The position numbers were made by a program, and so were the translations under genes. From positions 124,001 through 188,000 of the forward strand of contig JABVCE010000023.1 in assembly GCA_014905635.1 (NCBI GenBank): 64,000 nucleotides of DNA. Direction: 5' to 3'. Below the pieces are notes generated by a model. It saw nothing but the letters and a program-made list of their open reading frames with translations. It had not been told where the DNA came from and searched no databases. This document shows, in pieces, positions 55,331 to 64,000 of this stretch. How positions within the stretch are numbered: the stretch's first letter is position 1; every line of letters begins with the position of its first letter. This DNA is from Scenedesmus sp. PABB004 (taxonomy: Eukaryota).

Positions 55331-58300
55331 TCAGGCCTCCTCCAGGGCGCGCTCGGCGCGCACGAGGCGGGCGCCGGGCGCGACGCGCACGAAGGCCGCC
55401 GCGCGCGCACGCGCGCGCCCGCCCGGCGGCGCCGGCCCGCTGCCGCCGGCCGCCGCCCACAGCCCGCGCGGCGCCTCGGACTCGCACAGCTCCACGAAGC
55501 GCAGCGCGGCGTGGCCGCCGCCCATGAGCGCCCACAGCGCGCGCATGGCCGGCGCGCTGCGCGGCGCGCCGCCGTCGGCCGACGCGGGCGACGGCGGGCC
55601 GCCCTGCTGCTGGCGGCGCCGCTGCTCCGCCTCGACGTGCAGCAGCGCCGCGGGCGGCGCGCCGAGCAGGCGCAGCCGCGCGAGGCCGGGCAGGCCCGCG
55701 CCGAGCGCGGCGACCGCGCCCGCGCTCAGCCGCCGCGCGCTGCCGAGCTCGAGGTGCGACACGCCCGGGAAGGCCCGGCACAGCACCTCCACCAGCGCCT
55801 GCATGGGGTCCGCGCTTACGCCGGCGGCCGCCGCGGCAGCGCTGCTGCCGGCGCCGCCGTCCATGCCGCCGCCGGCGCCGTTCCCGCCGACGCCGCCCCG
55901 CCAGCGCCGGCCGCCCGCCCGCTGCCGCCCGGCCGCCGCCGCTGGCACCGCGGCCGCCGCCGGCTGCGGCTGCAGCTGCGGTGCGGTGGGCCCCGGGACC
56001 GCGTGGCAGCCGGACAGGCGCAGCGTGGTCACGCCCGGCAGCGCGGCGCGCGCGATCCAGGGCCACGCGGAGCTGCCGAGCGTGAGGCAGCCGCCGAGCG
56101 CGAGGCTGCGCAGGTTGGTGAGGCCGGTGAGGTGCGTGAAGCACAGGCCGTTGCTGTCCAGGCAGCCAATCTCCAGCTCCACTGCGCGGCCGGCGGCCGG
56201 CGGCGGCGGCGGCGGCGGCGGCAGCTTAAGTCAGCAGCGGTCGGCGGCGGCGGCCCGTCCCGCGGAGCCTCCCGGCCGCGGGCGCGCACCGAGCTGCGGC
56301 AGGGCGGCGAGGAAGTGGAGGTGCGGCTCGAAGGCGTGCAGGCGCCGGAAGATGTTGGGCGGCGCCTGGCCCTGCGCCTGCGGCTGCTGCGGCTGCTGCG
56401 GCTGCTGCGCTGGCGCGCCGCCCGCGCCGCCCGCCAGCTGCGCCAGGTGGGCCTCCAGCGCCTGCTGCTGCCCCTGCGCGAGCTGCCCCCCGCCGCCCAG
56501 CACCAGCTGCTGGATCGCAGCGATGCCGGCGGCGGCGGGGCCGGCGGCGGCAGCGCCGCCCGCCGGGCCGGCGCCGGCGGCGGCGCCTGCCTCTGGCGCC
56601 GCGCCGCCGTCGTCGCTGGCCTCCCCGCTCTCGCTGTCAGTGCTCCACTCGCCGCTGCTGCCGCTGTCGCTCTCGTCGCCGTCGCTGCCGCCGCCGTCGT
56701 CGCCCGGCTGCTGCTGCGCGGCCCAGCCCCACACGCCCGCGCCGCCGAGGCCGGCCCAGGGCGGAGCATTGGGGCCGAGCTCGGGCGCGCCGCCGCCGCC
56801 GCCGCCGCCCTCCTCGTCCTCGTCGTCCTCCTCCTCCTCGTCGCCCCACGCCGGCCCCGGCCCGCCCGCCAGCGCCGCAGGGACCTCGGCCACGCCCAGC
56901 AGGTCGGCAGCAACGTCAGCAAAGCCGCCGGGGCCGCCGGGGCCGCCGGGGCCGCCGGGGCCGCCACCCCCGGCCGCCGCCGCCGCCTGCTGCTGCTGCT
57001 GCTGCAGCAGCGCGCCCGCCAGCGCTGCCAGGGGCGGGCCCAGGCGCTCGTCCGGGTTGGGCAGGACGCGCAGGCAGGTGAGGAGCGTGAGCGCCGAGAG
57101 CGGGCGGAAGCAGCCGAGCCTGCGCCGGCACGCGCGGGCGGCGGCGGCGCGTCAGCGGCGCCAGGAGCCCCTGCGGCGGCGCCCGCGCCAGCCGGGCGCC
57201 CGTCCGGCGCCTGCCAGGCGCGCGCGCGCCTGCAGGCGTGGGGGAACTCGTGAGCGTTCACGCCCAGCAGCGTGAGGCTGCGCAGGGAGGTCAGATAGGA
57301 GAGATGACCGAGCTGGCGGCGCGGCGGCAGCCGGCGCGGCGGTGAGCGGGCGCGGCGGGCGGCGCTGCACACACGACCGCGGCGGCGGCTGCCTAGAATG
57401 CCAGGCGGGCGCCGCGCTCACCGTCGAGCGCATCATCTGTGCCGCGCAGAGCTGCAGCGACTGCACGGACCGCAGCCCGCCCCCGGGCGGCACGTCGCCC
57501 GCGTTGCCGGCCGCCGCCAGCAGCGCGACCTGCGCTGCCGCTGCCCCAGCGCCGTGCCCCGCCGGCGACGCGGGCGGCGGCACGGGGAGTCCGGCGGAGG
57601 CCATCTTGATGCCTGGCGGCGGGCGCGCGCGCGGGCAACGGGCCGGCGCGTGTGGGCGGGCAGCCGCACCGGTGGCGCCCGCCTGGGGCCGCCGCTGGCG
57701 CCGCCGCGCTCACCGCTGCCCGTGACGGCCACGTCCGGCATGTGCAGCTGCGTGAGCTGCGGGCAGCACCAGGCCAGCTGGGAGAGCAGGTAGTCCCCCG
57801 CCTTGCGCAGCCCCACCTGGCCGTTGACCGACGGCCGCAGCCGGCTGATGGTGAGGCTGGTCAGGCGCGGCATGCAGCGCACGACCTGCACCAGCAGCTC
57901 GTCCTTCGCCGGCCCCGTGAGCCCTATCAGCTCCAGCACCTCCACGCGCTCGCACGCCATGGCGCTGCACACGAGCGGGAGGCTCGCGCAGCCGCGGATC
58001 GCGAGCCGCGTGAGCCCCGCCGCGACGGGCAAGAGGCTGAAATGGTCAAACACGCCGCCGCCGCGCATCGACAGGCCGAGGCTGGCCAGCGCGGTGAGCT
58101 GCGCGATGCCCGCGCCAAAGGCCTCGGGCGCGATCTGCCGCGCGTCGATGCCGCTGCACCGGATGCTCACGCGCAGCTCCTGCCGGCGGCGGCGGCAGCG
58201 GCGGCGGCGGCGCGGGCGCGCGCGTCGCGGGGCGGCCGGCACGTGCGCGCGCGCGCGCCGCGCGGGGCGCGCGGCGGCTCACCGTCAGCGTGGCGCCCAG

Positions 58301-58580
58301 CGCGCCGCACAGCGCGGCCCAGTCGTCCTCGCCAAACACGTTCTCCACGAGGCTGAGGCTGCGCAGCGCCGAGAGCCGGGTGAGCTTGCTCGCGTGGGCG
58401 AGCAGCGGCACGCCGTCCAGGCGGCCCGTGCTGAAGGGGTGGTGGCTGAACGTGGGCAGGTCCTGCAGCGCCGTGGCGACGTCGAGGCTGAGCCGCTGCA
58501 GCTGCGGCAGCAGCACCGCGTCAAGAATGCGTCCCGCGTCGCCGCGCGACAGCCCCGCGTCGTCGGGCACCGGCGGCGGC

Positions 58581-58612
<32 letters not shown>

Positions 58613-59212
58613 GGGCGCCGCCCAGCCGGCCCCGGCGCCGCCCGGCGCCGCCGGCAGGTCGCCCGTGAGCAGCAGGCCGCCCAGGCTGAGGCTGCTCAGG
58701 CGCGTGAGCGCCGTCGCGTCGAGCAGCGCGGCCGCCGGCAGCTCGCAGCCGTCCATGGCGAGCGCGCGCAGGCGCGGCAGGCGCTCGCCCAGCAGGCGCA
58801 GCGCGCCGGCCGGCAGGCGCTGGCTCGTGAGGTCGATCGCCGCGGCGTGCCAGGCGACGCGCACCGAGGCGAGGCAGCCCAGCGGCGCGAGGCTCGTGAA
58901 GCACGCCGCGACGGGGCCCGCGCCGCGCGCGCCCGGCGCCGCGCCGGGCGCGTCGGCCGCCGCGCTGCGCACGAGCGGCAGCGCGAGCGCCTCCAGGCTC
59001 GCCAGCTCCGCGCCCGGCGGCGCGGGCCGGGGCAGGTACGCCGGGCGCAGCACGCGCAGCTGGTGCTGCACCGCGGACCGCAGCTTGTGGCACGCCAGGG
59101 CCGTCGCCTGGACGTCGCCCTCGTCCAGCAGCGGCAGCAGGCGGCCCACCACGTCCTCGCTCAGCGCCGCCAGGCAGGCGCCGCCGCCGCCGCCGCCGCC
59201 ATCGGCCGCCAT
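55331..59212 (-). CDS. F-box-like / LRR protein with a long Gln/Gly/acidic insertion
   Basis: ATG 59212; CLAALSEDVVGRLLPLLDEGDVQATALACHKLR is F-box-like. Six exons join in frame (TLT/ELRV, GS/GIKM, RST/LGHL, ACR/LGCF with GC donor 57229, PQL/VELE). LRRs LTRLSSLSL, LTSLRSLTL, LTNLRSLAL. Confidence 0.8.
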
Positions 59213-59804
59213 CGATCGCGGCGCCGCGCCGCCGCGGCGCCGCTGCTCCCGCTCCTCCCGCGTCGCGGCCGGGACCGTCCGTGCCGCGCCTGCGCGCCCG
59301 CAGAGCACAGATGGGCGTCAGGATCAGGCGTGGCGTGTGTGGCGTGGCTGGCGTGCGCGTGGTGGTGCGGGCGCCCCCGCGAGCAGCGCGCTGCTCGCCG
59401 CCGCCCCGCCGCGAGCGCGCGCTGCAACGCGGGCTGCTGCCGCCCACCGCTCCACACGCGCGCGCGCGCCTCACCCGATCGCGGGTCACGGGCGCCACCG
59501 ACGCCGCGCCGCAGGCGGCACGGTGCGACCGGCGCCGCTGCTGCGAGGTGGCAACGCAAACGCAGCGCCCAACGCCTGTATCCGGCTCTGTCTGTCGCTT
59601 GCGATCGGGCTGGCCGGCCTCTGCGGCACGTCGGCGGGGGCAGCGCCGGCGGGCAACGGGCGGCGCCGACGGCCGAGCGCGACTGCCGCGCCGCGATGCG
59701 CAGGCCCAGCACTGACACCGCAGTGGAGGGCAGCCTGGAGCACGGGACCAAGCGCTGCAGCAGGGCTTTGCGCGGTCGTTAAACCTCTGAACCGCGGTCG
59801 CCGC

Positions 59805-61254
59805 TCACCGCCCCCAGCGCCAGGCCGCCGCGAACGTCTGCAGCTCGGACAGCGCGGCGCGGCGCTGCGCGGGGCTCAGCACGCCGACCGGCCCCAGCGC
59901 TGGCGCGTCGCCGCCCTCGTCGCCGCCGCGCCGCCGCCGCGCCGCCGCCCCGCCCGCGTCCGCCGCCGCGCCCGCGTCGCCGTCCGCCGCCGCCGGCAGG
60001 CGCATGCGCTGCTCGAGCGCCGCCAGCAGCGCGCCGGGCCTGCAGGCCGGAGGCGGCGGCGCGTCCCAGCTCTCACGCGTGTCGCCGCAGCGCGCTGCCA
60101 GCAGCGCGGCCGCGGGCGGCGCTGTGGGCGCTCCTCCTGCGTCCGCGCCGCTGCCGAGGTGCCGGCCGGGCGTCAGGAGCGCCATGGCGGGGTCGGCGAT
60201 GCCGCCGCCGCTGGCGCGGGGCGACCGCCGCACGCTGTCCAGCTGCGCCATGAACGACGCGGATGCCGAGGCGGGGGCGGCGCGCCGCGCGCTGGCCGCG
60301 CTGGCCGGGCTGGTGGCGGGCGCACGCGCCGCGCGGGGCACGCTGCGCGCCCGGCGCAGGCCCGCGGCACGCTGCTCCGGCGCGGCGCTGCCGCGCAGCG
60401 GCGGCGGGCTGCGCCGGTCCCTGCCCGCGCCTGCGCCAGCCGCCGCAGCGGGCCGCCCGCTCGCTTGGCGCAGGCTGCGGCTCCAGAGCGCGAACGCGGT
60501 GCCGGGCGTGGGCTCCGCGTCCTTGGCCGCCGCCGCGGCAGCGGCCTTAAGAAGGTCACGGGCAGTGGGCAGGGCCACCGGCGCCGCCGCGCCCTGCTGC
60601 CGGCGCCGCGGCTGCGGCAGCGCGCCGCCCGTGCTGCGCCGGGTCGCCCCCGCCGGCGTCGCTCCCGTCGGGGACGCGTCCAGCGCCCGGGCCGGCAGGC
60701 TGCGCTGCAGCGCAGGCACGGCGCCGCGGCGGCCGCCGCTGTCCCGCTCCGCCTCCGCTGCTGCGTCGAGCAGCCAGTCAAGCGTTGCAGCGGCGCTGCC
60801 GCTGTCGCCCGCGCGCGGCGAGCCTCCCAGCCAGGTCGCCACCGCGTCGCTGCTCCGCGCCGCGCCGCCGCTGCGCCGCCGCCCGTCGCCGCCAGTCGAG
60901 CGCCGCAGCTGGGCGGCGTAGCCGCGCACGCCGGGCGGCGTGTGCGACGGCTCCGCCCGCGGCGTTCGACTGGCGGCGCTTGCGCAGCTGCCCGCCACGG
61001 AGCGGCAGCCGGAGTGGCTGCGACTGGCGTCGGGGCTGCAGCCAGACTGCTGCTGCGCCGGCGGCGCCGCTGCCATGCGTCGCCACGCCTTGGCGTCCAG
61101 CTCAGCCAGCTCTGCCAGCAGCTCCTGCTCCTGCTCGTCCAGCGACTGCGCTGGCTGCGGCGCCGCGGGCTGCGGCTGCGGCTGCTGTGCTGGCTGCCCC
61201 GCTGGCTGCTGCACTGGTGCCTGCAGCGCGGCCTGGTCGTGCACCGGCAGGTCG

Positions 61255-61308
<54 letters not shown>

Positions 61309-63491
61309 GGCTCCTGCTGCTGCCACGGCTCCTGCTGCCGCTGCTTGGGCTGGCTCGCGAGGCGGGCGCCGCAGTCCCAGCCGCCGTCCGCACGCCCCAT
61401 CTGCAGCCGCCGGCGGGCGCTGCTCTTGAGCGCCTGCAGCCCCGCGCTGCGCGCGCTGGCGCCGCCCTGCTGTGCCGCCGCCGGCTCGGGGCTGGTCGCG
61501 CAGCTGCGGCTGCGCCGCGCGCAGGCCCCCGCCTCAGCAGCAGGCCGCGCCCCTGTGGAGGCCTGGTCGGAGCGATCGCGTGCATGTGGCTGCTGGTTGG
61601 GCAGACGCTCCTGCCATGCTCGCGCGTCGAAGTCCGCCAGTGCGGCGCCACGCACGTCGGCGCCGGTTGTCAGCTGCGGGCTGTGCCAGCGAAGCGGCTG
61701 CTGCTGCGCCTCCTCCAGCTGCTGCTGCTGACGCTTCCACAACTGCGCGTCAACCGAACGGACCGCCCCAGCGCGCCCCTGCTGCTGCGCGCCCGCGGGG
61801 GAGCAGCCAGCCACCGCAGCGTCAGCGGCCTGCGAGGCACGCACGTAGCCGGCCGACGCGGTCGCTGCGCGCGCCAGGGCACGATGCAGCTCGGGCGAGT
61901 GCGCCGGGTGCGGCGAGCCTGGCGCCGCCACGAGCGCGGCGCCCCGGTCGCTCTGGCCGGGCGGCTCCGCCGGCGGCGGCAGTGCCAGCTGCGGGGTCTC
62001 CTCCGCCGCCGGCGCCGCGCCGACGCCGTCGCGTGCCAGGTCGTGCACCGCGTTGACCTCCTGCTGCAGCGCGTTGACCTCCTGCTGGAGCGCCACCTCT
62101 GTGCTGACCAACCGCACTTCCTCCTGCAGCGCGGCGGCCGCCGCCTGCAGCTCCAGCAGCTGCGCCAGGCTGCCGGCGGCCTCGCGCTTGGCCGCCGCCG
62201 CCTCGCCCTCTGCCTCGGCGCAGGCCGCCTCCGCAGCTGCGGCGGCCGCCTGCGCCGCGTGCGCCGCGCGCGCCGCCTGCTGGCCCTGCGCCTCCAGCTC
62301 CGCCAGGCGCGTGCTCGCCTCGACAGCCTGCACTGCCTGCAGCATCTCAGCCGCTGCGCGCGCCGCCTGCGCAGCGTCCAGCTGGCGCTGCAGGTCGGCG
62401 ACCGCTGCGGCCGGCGGCCGCTGCAGGGCGCCGGCCCGCTGCGCCGCCGCGACGGCGGCGGCATCCAGCACCGCCTGGGCCCCTGCGTCGGCCTGCGCCA
62501 CCAGCTGCTCCAGCTGCGCAAGCGCGGCCGTCAGCGGCCCGGCCAGCTGCTCGCGCACCCGCACTGCGTCCGCGCACAGGGCCGCCGCCGCGTCGCCGGC
62601 CGGCGGCGCCGGCGCCAGCTGCGGCGACGCAGCCTGGCGCGCCAGTTGCTGCTGCAGCTCTGCGAACGACGCCTGGATGCGGCGCAGCTCGCCGTCAAAC
62701 TCTGCCCGCGACGCCGCGAGCTGCGCCGCGTGCGTTTCGCCCGCCCGCTGCTGCGCGGCGTCCGCCTCGGCGCACTCCCGCCTCGCCGCGTCGAGCGCGG
62801 CGCGCAGCTGGTGCAGCTCGGCGTCCGCGGCGTCGCGCGCCGCGGCGCGCTCCTGGCGCTCGGCGTGCAGCGCGGCCCCCAGCTGCTCCAGCTCCGCGCG
62901 ATGCTGCGCCGCGGCTGCCGCCAGCTGCGCGGCGAGGCCGTCGGCCCGCGCCCGCTGCTCCGCCAGCAACGACGCGTTCGCCTGCTCCAGCGCCGCCATG
63001 ACCTGCGCCGCCGCCGCCGCCTGCGCGGCCGCCTCGCGCCGCGCCGCGGCCAGCTCGGCCGCCGCCTCCGCCGCCTGCCCCCGCGCCGCCGCCCAGCCGC
63101 GCAGCGCGTCCGCCGCCGCCGCCTCGGCCGCCGACAGCGCGCCCGACAGCCGCGCGCCCTCCGCGACGTGCGCCGCGAGCAGGCGCTTCGCGCGCGCGTA
63201 CTTGGCGACCACGCGCGGCGCGTCCAGCCCCGCGCAGCTCGACGCGCTGCCGCCGCTCGCCGCGCTGCCCGCCGGCGACGGCGGCGCGCGCGGGCTGCTC
63301 ATCTTGCTCAGCGGCGAGCGGCCGCCCCGGGCGAGCGGCTGGGCCATGAGGGGGAGGTCGTCCGGGGCGGCGCCGGCGGCGGCGGCGGCGTCAGCGGCGG
63401 CGGCGTGCGCGCCGCGCCCGCCGCTCGGCGGCGACGGCGGCGCCTGCCCGGACTGGGCTGCCGGCGGTGCGGCAGGCCGGCCGGCCTGCAT
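59805..63491 (-). CDS. Single-exon 1228-aa coiled-coil and low-complexity protein
   Basis: Uninterrupted ATG-initiated ORF; A/E/Q/L heptad-rich N-terminal half, polyQ, Ser/Pro/Arg-rich tail. Confidence 0.8.
61257..61307 (-). repeat. Perfect (CAG)17 encoding polyQ
   Basis: (CTG)17 on the plus strand. Confidence 0.95.
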
Positions 63492-63984
63492 GCGGTGGGC
63501 GCGCCGGCGGGTGTGTTTCGAACAGCCGCGGCGCCGCCGCGCCGCTCTCCTCTTCCTGGGGCTGCAGCGGCGCTGCTGGTCGTGGGTCGCGGGTTACGGG
63601 GAGCATGCCGGCGCTCGCAGTTGCTTGCCGGCACACCAACGCGAGCGGTGAGCCCTTGCACCTCGCCCGGCCGGCTGCCCGGCGCGCTGCGCCGAGCGCG
63701 CCCGGCCCCGGGCAGCGCCCACACACACGCCCGTGGCCCGCTCCCCGCACGCCCGGCACGCCCGTCGCGGCCCGCCGCCCTCCCTGCGCGCGCCCGCCGG
63801 CGGCATTGCATGCCCTGGTCGCCGCATGCCCAGGCTCCGTGCGGCGCGACCTGCAGCAGTCTCCGGCCCTGGCCTGAGACCCTCCATGCGGCTCTGCTAG
63901 CCGGCGGAGGCCCAGCCAGTCGCAGCGGCAGCGAGAGCAGGAGCAGCAGCAGCGGCGCCGGCGCGCCGCCCCGGAGCAGGCGCC

Positions 63985-64000
63985 ATGCAGAACATCGGCG
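63985..64000 (+). CDS. Possible start of the next gene (MQNIG...)
   Basis: GCC-ATG context, divergent from the ATG at 63491; truncated by the window edge. Confidence 0.3.

Noticed and set aside
55331..57604. Separate gene starting at ATG 57604
   Set aside because: The upstream exon splices in frame (GGC AGC G|GC ATC AAG ATG), so it is part of the 55331-59212 gene.
1..64000. Hundreds of long overlapping Arg/Ala/Pro/Gly ORFs suggesting overlapping or antisense genes
   Set aside because: Stop codons are rare at this GC level; these are shadows of real exons and read-through introns with no recognisable motifs.

Overview
Eukaryotic nuclear DNA of an extremely GC-rich, gene-dense, intron-rich organism. 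Intron style (short GC-rich introns, GTG(C/A)G donors, CGCAG acceptors, CTGAC/CTCAC branch points), gene content and TTTAGGG-type motifs point to a chlorophyte green alga, probably Sphaeropleales (inference). Most long ORFs in the supplied track are GC-bias artefacts. I reconstructed about 19 spliced genes by hand: a PAN/apple-like secreted protein, RlmI-type rRNA methyltransferase, a TM protein followed by bZIP-like exons, GH2 beta-mannosidase, two F-box/LRR proteins, a small TM protein, a kinesin, SAM synthetase, plastid pyruvate kinase, a PAM2/RG protein, a Cys- and His-rich ABCG transporter, an M43 metalloprotease and several low-complexity or coiled-coil proteins. No CRISPR array, rRNA, tRNA or autonomous transposon is visible. 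Most notable: (1) a ~365-nt nested-stem element at 42055-42418 that looks like an unannotated structured RNA; (2) at least 13 frame-verified GC-AG introns; (3) bZIP-like exons with no AUG of their own that splice in frame onto the upstream TM gene via a donor overlapping its stop codon; (4) an ABCG with poly-His and EF-hand-like inserts; (5) intronic telomere-type motifs in one consistent orientation. Several 1-nt frameshifts at G/C runs are probably assembly errors.
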